DNA from: a virus
Lineage: Duplodnaviria > Caudoviricetes
Strand: one strand, 5' to 3'
Length of the DNA: 64,000 nt
IMG/VR virus record: IMGVR_UViG_2904399447_000014
Coordinates: 25,007-89,006 of that record
How positions within the stretch are numbered: the first letter of the stretch is position 1; the number at the start of each line of letters is the position of its first letter. Below are positions 9,720-17,899 of the stretch, piece after piece. The notes under the pieces were generated by a model that was given only the letters and a program-made list of their open reading frames with translations, was not told the DNA's origin and did not search any database. The position numbers and the translations under genes are program-made.

Positions 9720-9944
9720 TTGTCGATTAAAAAGAGTGTATCAACACGCATTTTTGAGATATCGAAAACGAGCGAAATCCACGGCCCTCTACTGCGCCAG
9801 GCATTTGAAGTGATGGAGGTTCAAAAATACCTGCTCACCATAGTGCTCGATATCAGTAAGAAAGCAGGATACAAGGGGAACTCAGTGGCAATGGCTGTTG
9901 AGTTTCTTAGGGAAAAAAATAATGGAGAGGGGCCAAAGGAATGA
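9720..9944 (+). CDS. Hypothetical protein, 74 aa
   Basis: TTG start; 4-nt overlap with next ORF; downstream of promoter/operator. Confidence 0.55.
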   Translation: MSIKKSVSTRIFEISKTSEIHGPLLRQAFEVMEVQKYLLTIVLDISKKAGYKGNSVAMAVEFLREKNNGEGPKE

Positions 9945-10144
9945 CTGTCGCTGATACAGTGGAAATCAATAAATCTCGCAATTACTGGCTGTCAAAAGGC
10001 TTCAAAAAGACAGTTGAGGGTACATTAATACGACCTGACATGCTGATCTCTCGTTCAGGAAAAAGGTGGAAGGCTACTGACCTAATCAAAAACACTACCT
10101 ATCGCCACGCCAGCCTTCTGGTGGTTCTACAAAAGAATTTTTAG
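9941..10144 (+). CDS. Hypothetical protein, 67 aa
   Basis: ATGA-type coupling, AAGGA RBS, followed by hairpin at 10167-10186. Confidence 0.6.
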   Translation: MTVADTVEINKSRNYWLSKGFKKTVEGTLIRPDMLISRSGKRWKATDLIKNTTYRHASLLVVLQKNF

Positions 10145-10166
10145 CCCATCGTATCTACAAATGATG

Positions 10167-10186
10167 ACGGCCCCACCAGGGGCCGT
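10167..10186. terminator. Hairpin between convergent genes
   Basis: ACGGCCCC-ACCA-GGGGCCGT. Confidence 0.6.
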
Positions 10187-10205
10187 TCGTGCAACATTTC
10201 GAAAG

Positions 10206-10520
10206 TTAATATTCAACAAGCTCGTCGGCTAGCTGCTGCTCCCGCTCATGCACATCTTCAAATGAGTTTTTAGTCTCTTCATCCATTTCCACCTCAAAAC
10301 CGATAGCACTCAACGTATTCACCAGCTCATAAAGTGAAGCCCCTTCAGCTGAACGCACAAACCCCAGCACCGGGTTCAGATGAGCAAATTTCACCTCATC
10401 CACCAGCTCTGCTTTGTTGATTGCTCCAAGAACGTCAAAAGGCGCCGGTATTTCGATGCTGTCACCGTCATATTGGATCACCCCTTCCCGGCCATCAAAA
10501 ATGATAGTTACGTTAAGCAT
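10206..10520 (-). CDS. hxr: Hxr-like protein of the dar operon
   Basis: 104 aa acidic ORF overlapping the ddrB stop, same position and size as P1 hxr (synteny-based). Confidence 0.55.
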   Translation of the reverse strand: MLNVTIIFDGREGVIQYDGDSIEIPAPFDVLGAINKAELVDEVKFAHLNPVLGFVRSAEGASLYELVNTLSAIGFEVEMDEETKNSFEDVHEREQQLADELVEY

Positions 10521-13455
10521 TGTGTTCCCCTTTAATCAAACCGATCACAAAATCCAGAATCGCATCGCCATTAAGTATCGAATTACCGGCATAACGCGGC
10601 TCATAGAAGCATTGAAAGGCCATAGAGAATATTTCGGTGGAACGTGTATCTTCGATGGTTTTGGAGCCATACAGGCGCCCCATGTAAGGGTCACTCAGGT
10701 TTAAATTGGCAGCGATTTCGCTCCTGCCAAGATCCAGAAGGCCGGCTTCTCCACCAGAAGCCATAAATGCTTTTGCCTTTGCCAGTCGATCGGGATGGCT
10801 GTACTCGAAGTGATGCCCCACTTCATGCCACAACACCCCAAGGTCAGAACTGGCGCCAAGGATTAGAGATCCATCGTTCACGCAGGCGGCCGCCCTGGTA
10901 CGCTCGAGATACTTAATTTCCTTTAGGGTTGATATCCCGCCTCTACATAAACGGTAAATGTCGTTGAGCGCATTCAAAAATGCACCTTCCCCATGCTTTT
11001 CATCTATCGTCTCAATGGCCTTTTTGTGGATCTTTATTCCCTTAATCCACTCATTAGCATCCGCTTCAGTAACGTCCGATTCGCTGATAATTTCCTGCGC
11101 CAACGCGCGCGCGCGGTCGCATAGATTCACTATCGCTTGTTGGTGATTTTCTGCGGCATCAGCCATTTCATTGATAATCTCACTTACTAACACACTACTT
11201 TTGCCGTATTTTTCAGCAGTATCGCGAATTTCTTCGGGGTCATATCGCTCAAGCCAGTTCGATACAGATTTGCGGCGACCATATGTTTGCCCAAAGTTTA
11301 GTGTTGGCCCGGACAAATCCACAGCATGAAACGCAGGGAAAGCCGCACGCAATGAATACGGCAACTTCTCAACAACCGCCTTATCACTATCCTGAAGTGA
11401 ATCGATTTTCGCCTTAACCCTTGATAAATACCCCGTGTAACGCTTCTTGGTGTCTTCGGCTTCAGCAGTCACATCCCCATACTTCATCAGTTCCCTACCA
11501 CGATCAACGTCATACATGACGGCCACACTGGCTCCGGTAGCGCTTAATGTGCTCTGCCCTTTATCGCTCGATGCAGCGATGATCGCCTTATATACCGCCG
11601 CTGGTCGGTATTCTGGCAACATAATCCCCATAGCGGACATATAGCCCTGTGTCAGAATCCGAGATCGCCCAATAACTTTGCTGATCACAGGGTAAGCAGC
11701 GCGCGCAGCTGCTATCACTTCTGTTCGCTCGGCTTCATCAGCCATCACAAGCTTGATTGCATAATGGAGCTGGAAAATTTGACCGGAGTTAAAGAGAGCA
11801 GACCAATCTGGTTGCTTGAACATGTGGGCATTACGAATTAATGGATGAAGGGTATAGAGGCTTGCCCGGCCATACCGATCAGTAAACGTTTCAATTTTCT
11901 TCCCAAGGATACTTGCAGTTAATACCTGGTATCGCTTCAAAGCAGCTGCATCATTGAGGTTGGTCATCGTCAGTGTTTTTATCGCCGCGTTCACAGCTGC
12001 GGCTAGCGTTGATAAAGAGCCACTACCATCAAACGTCAATGCCTCAATAATGCGCTTCATACCCTGAACACTGCTTGCATTACGCAACACCGGGAGCACG
12101 GCGTCACCGCGCTTTTTTGTCGATTCAAAAAGTGCCCCCGCCAACCCCTTGCCACTTTCGAGCTGCATCTGGTTAGATACCATCTGCAAAACCTCCTGGA
12201 GCGACACGCTGCCGCCGCCGAACATATCCCCCATAGCCTGCTGCTGGTGGATCAACTCATCGTTGATACGTTCCGCCATCAGCTTAAAGGCTTGGCCCAT
12301 ACGTTTAGCTGACCGGTTGTTGTCCACAATGAAAAGGGCCAGAGCTTTAGCTTCATCCGTCGCCTCCTCAAACATACCCACTTGCGCTATAACATCCTGG
12401 ATATGTTGCCCGGACTCCTTAGATCGCCGCACTAGGTCTATTGCATCTTTCAACGCGCCCAGGGCCGTCTTATCAAGGGACGTTACCTCACTGGCCCCTT
12501 CCAACAGAGAGCCGACCGTTTCTTTGTGCACATCACCAGAGAGCATAACCATTTGCGCAAAATCACTGGCGGCAGAATTGAGAGCGGTCAACACATTGCG
12601 CATTTCTGGATCAGGCTCTTCGGACACCATTTTCACCAATCGGCTATCTTTATAGGCCTTGGCGAAAATGCTGTTTTGCATCCTATCGATCAGCTGTCTT
12701 GTTGGCCGGCCATCTTCGGTTAACAAGCCGGCCGCCGCCGTCGCACCGATCTCTTCCATAAACGCCTTCACAAAGGGCGCGTTAGATCGAGATAGCAAAT
12801 CACCGCTATCCGATGGGGCAAAGAGCTGCATCATCGCAGGTGTAATGCTCTCAGCGTCTACAAAGGCCTTTTCGCTGGCAGACATTTCCTGTAGGTCAGA
12901 TAGGTTCGAGTCTTTTGCAAACTTCACCCGGTCGACGTCGGTTAAACGCCGACGGACTAAGATTGGCCTTTCCATCTTTTCGATATCCCTGGGTCGGACA
13001 CCGTAGTCACGTGCATGTTTTATAAGAAACGAGCGGTAATCGTCTGCACGCCCCTCGGCATATGCCCTAATAATCCCCATGCTGCGGCCGTTCCCCGACT
13101 CCACAGCATTATCTTCACCGATGATCGGCGCGCCGTGACTTGATAACCCGGAATCGGTAAGTTGAGCCGGCCTTAATGACCGAGAAATATTATTAACTTG
13201 GAGTTTACTGGAGAAACGGGTGCGATCTCGCGGCTGGAGTTCTTGTGGGTAAGCCTCGTTTATGCGGCCATCAAGATGATTGGACACCAGAAGCATTGAA
13301 GCATCGACTACCTCAAACTGAGTTTTAACCTCTTCACCTTTTGCGGTAACAACATAAGATTTCCGACCATTCCCCAGAGCCTTACGTATTACCTCCACCA
13401 GCGCTTTAATGCTGGCGGTGTTTTGGATTTTTTCTATAACTTTTTGCATTGTCAT
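10513..13455 (-). CDS. ddrB: DdrB (N-terminal ParB-like DdrB domain, C-terminal zincin-like HExxH domain)
   Basis: SYVVTAKG, YPQELQPRDRTR, LTDSGLSSHGAPIIGEDNAVESGNGR match P1 DdrB; WHEVGHHFEY and TEIFS near C-terminus. Confidence 0.92.
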   Translation of the reverse strand: MTMQKVIEKIQNTASIKALVEVIRKALGNGRKSYVVTAKGEEVKTQFEVVDASMLLVSNHLDGRINEAYPQELQPRDRTRFSSKLQVNNISRSLRPAQLTDSGLSSHGAPIIGEDNAVESGNGRSMGIIRAYAEGRADDYRSFLIKHARDYGVRPRDIEKMERPILVRRRLTDVDRVKFAKDSNLSDLQEMSASEKAFVDAESITPAMMQLFAPSDSGDLLSRSNAPFVKAFMEEIGATAAAGLLTEDGRPTRQLIDRMQNSIFAKAYKDSRLVKMVSEEPDPEMRNVLTALNSAASDFAQMVMLSGDVHKETVGSLLEGASEVTSLDKTALGALKDAIDLVRRSKESGQHIQDVIAQVGMFEEATDEAKALALFIVDNNRSAKRMGQAFKLMAERINDELIHQQQAMGDMFGGGSVSLQEVLQMVSNQMQLESGKGLAGALFESTKKRGDAVLPVLRNASSVQGMKRIIEALTFDGSGSLSTLAAAVNAAIKTLTMTNLNDAAALKRYQVLTASILGKKIETFTDRYGRASLYTLHPLIRNAHMFKQPDWSALFNSGQIFQLHYAIKLVMADEAERTEVIAAARAAYPVISKVIGRSRILTQGYMSAMGIMLPEYRPAAVYKAIIAASSDKGQSTLSATGASVAVMYDVDRGRELMKYGDVTAEAEDTKKRYTGYLSRVKAKIDSLQDSDKAVVEKLPYSLRAAFPAFHAVDLSGPTLNFGQTYGRRKSVSNWLERYDPEEIRDTAEKYGKSSVLVSEIINEMADAAENHQQAIVNLCDRARALAQEIISESDVTEADANEWIKGIKIHKKAIETIDEKHGEGAFLNALNDIYRLCRGGISTLKEIKYLERTRAAACVNDGSLILGASSDLGVLWHEVGHHFEYSHPDRLAKAKAFMASGGEAGLLDLGRSEIAANLNLSDPYMGRLYGSKTIEDTRSTEIFSMAFQCFYEPRYAGNSILNGDAILDFVIGLIKGEHNA

Positions 13456-13460
13456 TTCCG

Positions 13461-13488
13461 AAAAAAAAGACCCGCTATCACACGGGCC
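13461..13488 (-). terminator. Intrinsic terminator between ddrA and ddrB
   Basis: GGCCCGT-GTGATA-GCGGGTC followed by T8 on minus strand. Confidence 0.7.
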
Positions 13489-13499
13489 AAGCGCTAGAA

Positions 13500-13871
13500 T
13501 TAAGCCGCTTCAGGGTGATTCAGTCGTACCCAATTTGAGGCGCCGATTTGCACATCCTCAAAGCTCAAGTGCTCACCCACATAAATGGTCAGATCGTCCA
13601 GCACGCTAATGAACTCATCCTTGTCTGACTGATTAAATTTCCCGCTCAAGAAATCGACAACAACTTGGGGTTGGACGTCATGGTCATTAGCTGTAGCGGT
13701 TGGTGCTGGTTCCGGTTGCGGTTGCGCGCCACCATACCCGAGCTTGACCATCACCTCATCGATACGGTCGTCATAATCAAGCTTTTCCAGCCCCTTGGCG
13801 GCGGCTGACTTTCGCATCAGTTCATCCAACTGATCCGCCAGGTCAAGACGCTCTATTGCTGATAAAATCAT
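13500..13871 (-). CDS. ddrA: DdrA
   Basis: MILSAIERLDLADQLDELM...IDEVMVKLGYG...W..EAA closely resembles P1 DdrA; overlaps darA stop. Confidence 0.88.
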   Translation of the reverse strand: MILSAIERLDLADQLDELMRKSAAAKGLEKLDYDDRIDEVMVKLGYGGAQPQPEPAPTATANDHDVQPQVVVDFLSGKFNQSDKDEFISVLDDLTIYVGEHLSFEDVQIGASNWVRLNHPEAA

Positions 13872-15985
13872 GCGGCAGCCCCCTCACGCTGGATGGCGAC
13901 TAACAAATCTGACAAATGCTGTGCTACGTCGTTTACCAAGCTTTCATGCTCGTCATAAATACCGGCATTTGCCAGAGCACCAACGGCCTGACGAGTGTTT
14001 CCTCGAGCCTCTCGGATCTCATCCATATCACTCGTTTGCAGTGATAGAGTCGCCTTCAAAAACTCAACGGCTTTGTTCGCGTTTGTATCAACTTCATTTT
14101 CAGACGGGGTTAAAACTGGTGGGGGTTCTCCTGCCGGCGAAGGCGGAATGTCCAGTTCCGGTGAGGGAATTGGAGCGCCAGGAGTTTTAGTCTCCGGTGG
14201 TGCAAGTGGTGAAGCTGGTGGTACTTCATTGAAAATGGTTTCTAACACTCCCTCAGCACTCTTACGTTGGGCAAGGCCGGCAGTACGCAAGTTCTTCACA
14301 ATCGTTCCCAATGAAAGGCCGTCTGGAAGCTCAGTAGCATTGGCCCCGCTTCGCGTCAGATAGTTGCGTAAAAAGTCCTGACTGGTTGCATGAGGCTCTC
14401 TACCTTTCAACTGACCGATTAGCGGCTTCAGCAGTTCTATATTCGAAAAAGCCTCCTTCTCATCCTGGCTGTATTGCAAATCAACCAGTTCATAATCAGC
14501 CACCTTGTCCGCACTTAGTGGGCTGTTATAGACGGCAACACCATAACGAATGTCATTAGCACCAATGGAGCGCTCAGTTTTAATTCCTGAAGCACTAAAG
14601 CCCTCGGGATCATATGTATTCACTGCCCCACCCGGCCGCCAATTTGGTCGAGCTTTCAACCCATAATAATAAAGCGCGCCGGCTTGAGAGGTGTCGGTAT
14701 CCATATCATCAGCTGCTGCCGCAGTCGTGGTTGCTGGCTGCTCGGTTTCCTCAGCCACCGTAATAGCTTCAAATCCGGCTTTGGTAAGAACTTGTCCATC
14801 CTTCACAAATACGTAAATACCTTGCAGGCCAGAGATACGGAAATAGGTATATTGATATCCCGCCGTTTTGGCAGCTTTGTATTTGTTTTTATAGGCAACG
14901 GCTTCGGGGGAAGGGCCAACACCGTTTACAGTGATCGAACCAGAAAATGAGATATTGTCGCCGTTACTTTGTGAATACCAGATTGGGTTTTCGCCGGATA
15001 CCGCTGCTTTTTTTAAAGTAGGGTTCATCGCACCGGTTTGAATACTTGCCAGTGGCACGGTATAGCTGCCAGAAGTGGCAGCAGTTCCCCCCGTGGAAAC
15101 GCCCAGTTCAGGCATTGGGCTTTGCTTCTGAGTTTTTTTTGCCTTCAGTGACTCGATTGCAGAACTTAAGCGCTCATTTTCTGAGGTCTGCCGGCTAATA
15201 CTGGCACTGTACTCTTCAATTTGAGCATCGATATCCGCCATTTGCGGCGCCATCTCATCAGCTTTGGCCATTTCATCAATTGCAAGGCTTTCAAGCTTTT
15301 CAGCTTCAAATTCCGCAGCTTCAGCATCCAGTTTCAGCTTGTTGTGCTTGTCGCGGCTTTTTGAAAATTTCGAGCTGTTTTTTTCAATCAGATTTGAGAG
15401 CGTCTGTGCAGTTTGGTTTAGAGACATATCGCGCCCACCGATCGGCGCCACAACATGAGTAACATCCCGTTTATTCAGAAGAAACTTAAAGGCGACAAGA
15501 ACGTCTTGAGCTTTCAGCTTAACGTCGGCGGTTGGGCTGTGGAACAAGAGGGAAACGCTCTGACCGTCAGTGAGCGGTATCTTTGCGGCCATAACTGGGA
15601 TGCCGGCGACCTTTCGAACATTCCCTATTTCGGCGCCACCAGCTGTACTGACGCCAGTATCATCGGTTCCTGCCTCATCTGTGCCGGCTTTTATCCCCGT
15701 CCCATTTAAGCCTGAATTGAGCACACGAACAAAGGCGCGCATGGTTTGTGACAAACGGTTCTTCGTGGTGCTAATGGCTTCAAACATCGCCGTTCTGTGC
15801 GGATCAGCCAGGTGATCACCAATAAACGCAGACTCAACCTCTTCGACAGTAACGCTTTCAAGCATTAAATCTTCACCACCGCCCTCATTCAGAGAAGCAA
15901 ATTCCGCATCGGTTACTTGCCGTACATCATAGTCACCGCGATCGACGATCAGTACGCCATTCATTGGATGATATGGATTACTCAT
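13868..15985 (-). CDS. darA: DarA anti-restriction/head morphogenesis protein
   Basis: DarA N-terminal region (LSQTMRAFVR, IPLTDGQSVSLLFHSPT, FLLNKRDVTHVVAP) and DarA_C-like YYYGLKARP...RYGVAVYNSPLS..DYEL. Confidence 0.92.
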   Translation of the reverse strand: MSNPYHPMNGVLIVDRGDYDVRQVTDAEFASLNEGGGEDLMLESVTVEEVESAFIGDHLADPHRTAMFEAISTTKNRLSQTMRAFVRVLNSGLNGTGIKAGTDEAGTDDTGVSTAGGAEIGNVRKVAGIPVMAAKIPLTDGQSVSLLFHSPTADVKLKAQDVLVAFKFLLNKRDVTHVVAPIGGRDMSLNQTAQTLSNLIEKNSSKFSKSRDKHNKLKLDAEAAEFEAEKLESLAIDEMAKADEMAPQMADIDAQIEEYSASISRQTSENERLSSAIESLKAKKTQKQSPMPELGVSTGGTAATSGSYTVPLASIQTGAMNPTLKKAAVSGENPIWYSQSNGDNISFSGSITVNGVGPSPEAVAYKNKYKAAKTAGYQYTYFRISGLQGIYVFVKDGQVLTKAGFEAITVAEETEQPATTTAAAADDMDTDTSQAGALYYYGLKARPNWRPGGAVNTYDPEGFSASGIKTERSIGANDIRYGVAVYNSPLSADKVADYELVDLQYSQDEKEAFSNIELLKPLIGQLKGREPHATSQDFLRNYLTRSGANATELPDGLSLGTIVKNLRTAGLAQRKSAEGVLETIFNEVPPASPLAPPETKTPGAPIPSPELDIPPSPAGEPPPVLTPSENEVDTNANKAVEFLKATLSLQTSDMDEIREARGNTRQAVGALANAGIYDEHESLVNDVAQHLSDLLVAIQREGAAA

Positions 15986-16617
15986 GCCGCTACCTCACGT
16001 TTTAGAGTCTCAAATTCAGTTTTCAGTTTGCGGCCTTGAGCTTGCTCAGCGCGAAGTTGGTTCTTCAAGGCCTCGGCCCTGGCACGCTTAACCTGTAAAT
16101 CATTACCTCGCTTAAGCGTAACTGCCTGCGCAGAAGCAATCTTTTGCTTGGCGGCATCGATACGACCATTTTGTTCAGCGAGTCGCTGCGCATTAGATTT
16201 AAGGCCGCTTTTTTGGCGAGGGGTTTCCACTCGACCTGCTTTAGCCAGCTTTCGGGCAAGTGATTTGGCAAAAGCTTGGGCATTAGAGGAAATGGCGCCG
16301 GCGATGATTTTCGCGAGTGCATCGAGGTCTTTGGCGCCGGTAAATGGAACAGTCTTTTTATTCAGTGAAATGGAGGAGATATCACCCGAATCATTAACCT
16401 GAACGGACACCTCTTGCTCGTCCAAAGCTTTCAGGGCAAAGGTGCGTATACGCACTCCGTCTTTTTTTCGAGCAGTGCCGGCAGGGACAACCTTAACGAT
16501 CTCTGCACCGGCTTTAGTCACGGCCTTTTTTAGTGGTTCCAGGCCTTTCTCATTGAGATTATTGAAGTCTAGGACATGGTATGTCTGCCCGTTCTTCGAA
16601 AACAGATTAGCGGGCAT
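15982..16617 (-). CDS. hdf: Hdf (homolog of DarA fragment)
   Basis: DFNNLNEKGL, VQVNDSGDISSISLN, KSN.QRL motifs; position between lydB and darA. Confidence 0.88.
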   Translation of the reverse strand: MPANLFSKNGQTYHVLDFNNLNEKGLEPLKKAVTKAGAEIVKVVPAGTARKKDGVRIRTFALKALDEQEVSVQVNDSGDISSISLNKKTVPFTGAKDLDALAKIIAGAISSNAQAFAKSLARKLAKAGRVETPRQKSGLKSNAQRLAEQNGRIDAAKQKIASAQAVTLKRGNDLQVKRARAEALKNQLRAEQAQGRKLKTEFETLKREVAA

Positions 16618-17047
16618 ATGGCGCCACCTTATCAGCAGGAATATCGAACACTTTCGTAACCACTGACTGGACTGGGAAAAGACGGTAGAGTGGATTAATC
16701 CGGCTGTCGCCGTGGGTCATTCGCACAACCAGCTCCCAATTGCCTGATTTCAGATAACGACGATTAAAGAACAGGAATTCTCGGGTTAAACCCTTATCAG
16801 AAATGAACAATGACCGGGCTTTGCCGGTAATCACCGTAGTAGGGTCTTTTTTATCTCGAAGGCAGTATTCAACTCGTGCCCCCTTCACATTGCGGCAAGT
16901 AGTAAGGAAACTCACCGGAAAACGGATCACCTCATCAATGTATTCTTCTGATCCGGTATCTTGCACAATTGCCTTTCTACGCTTAAACAGAAAGCGGTCT
17001 GCCAGCGCGGCCGCAACAACCAGCGCCAGGCACGTTTCACTGATCAT
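16607..17047 (-). CDS. lydB: LydB antiholin-like protein
   Basis: N-terminal hydrophobic segment ending ADRFL; THGDSRINPLYRLFPV resembles P1 LydB. Confidence 0.85.
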   Translation of the reverse strand: MISETCLALVVAAALADRFLFKRRKAIVQDTGSEEYIDEVIRFPVSFLTTCRNVKGARVEYCLRDKKDPTTVITGKARSLFISDKGLTREFLFFNRRYLKSGNWELVVRMTHGDSRINPLYRLFPVQSVVTKVFDIPADKVAPYAR

Positions 17048-17356
17048 CTAAATCCCCTTTTTAATAAAAATGCTTTGTAGTGCGGCTAAAAACTTCTCTT
17101 TAGCCACGGTTACGGTTTCTCGTCCGTTATTGCTCGCTACCAGAACTGCCAGGAGCAAGAGAGGTTCTTCCCAGCGAAGGTGCTCAGCTGAGTAGTAAGC
17201 GGTGGCCCCCGATACAAAGCTGATTACCAGCTCAGTAAAAAGATTGAACCAATCCCGCTTAATCCTTTCTTCTCGCACCCCTTGGAGGAAAACAGCCAAC
17301 CCTCCGAGCACTGATAACAGCACAGCAATAACGAGCGTTTGTGTGCTTGTTGGCAC
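17048..17356 (-). CDS. lydA: LydA holin
   Basis: 102 aa with hydrophobic segments; VLLSVLGG, ASNNGRE resemble P1 LydA. Confidence 0.88.
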   Translation of the reverse strand: MPTSTQTLVIAVLLSVLGGLAVFLQGVREERIKRDWFNLFTELVISFVSGATAYYSAEHLRWEEPLLLLAVLVASNNGRETVTVAKEKFLAALQSIFIKKGI

Positions 17357-17387
17357 GTATTCCTCCGGCTCTGTTGATGCGAAAACG

Positions 17388-17406
17388 AGACTAGCAAAAG
17401 TGACTT
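17388..17406 (-). promoter_or_regulatory. Putative late promoter for lydA-lydB-hdf-darA-ddrA
   Basis: AAGTCACTT-TTGC-TAGTCT. Confidence 0.7.
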
Positions 17407-17433
17407 TTCAAACTGCCACGTTGTTTTTTAGGC

Positions 17434-17460
17434 AAAAAAAAAGCGCCCGGAGGCGCTTTA
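17434..17460 (-). terminator. Terminator after tail fibre assembly gene
   Basis: AAAGCGCC-TCCG-GGCGCTTTTTTTTT on minus strand. Confidence 0.8.
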
Positions 17461-17474
17461 ACTGGCAAGGGGAA

Positions 17475-17897
17475 TTACTTAGGATCTTCAGGCCAGGTGA
17501 TATCAGTTTCTTGAGAAGTATCAATGCGATTAAGCATGACACGGTATGTTTTCCATGCGACTAACTTCTCCTTTTCCTTCTCAGTCGCCATCCCTAATTC
17601 AACCGCATCTTGCAAAGGAGCAATTGCATTGCTAGCGCGAGTGATCAGCAAGTATTTTTTGCGAACAGCTTCGACCTCTCGTTCCTTTTGACTCAACGGC
17701 GGGGCGTCAATCCAGCACGGCAGGCCATCGGTATCCGCCCCCCGGATTTTTCCTACAGGGGGTTGCTCGCGATACTTTTCCCAATACTCTTCAGGAACTG
17801 GTTTAACATCATCAGGCCAGTTTTTATTGGTTTCGTAGGCTTCTTGATCTTCCAACACATAGAAAATATTGGTTTTCGCACTGTATCCGTAATTCAT
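17475..17897 (-). CDS. Tail fibre assembly chaperone (Tfa family)
   Basis: GADTDGLPCW, IAPLQDAVELGMATEKE...WKTYRVMLNRID...ITWPEDP; start moved to ATG 17897. Confidence 0.92.
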   Translation of the reverse strand: MNYGYSAKTNIFYVLEDQEAYETNKNWPDDVKPVPEEYWEKYREQPPVGKIRGADTDGLPCWIDAPPLSQKEREVEAVRKKYLLITRASNAIAPLQDAVELGMATEKEKEKLVAWKTYRVMLNRIDTSQETDITWPEDPK

Positions 17898-17899
17898 AA

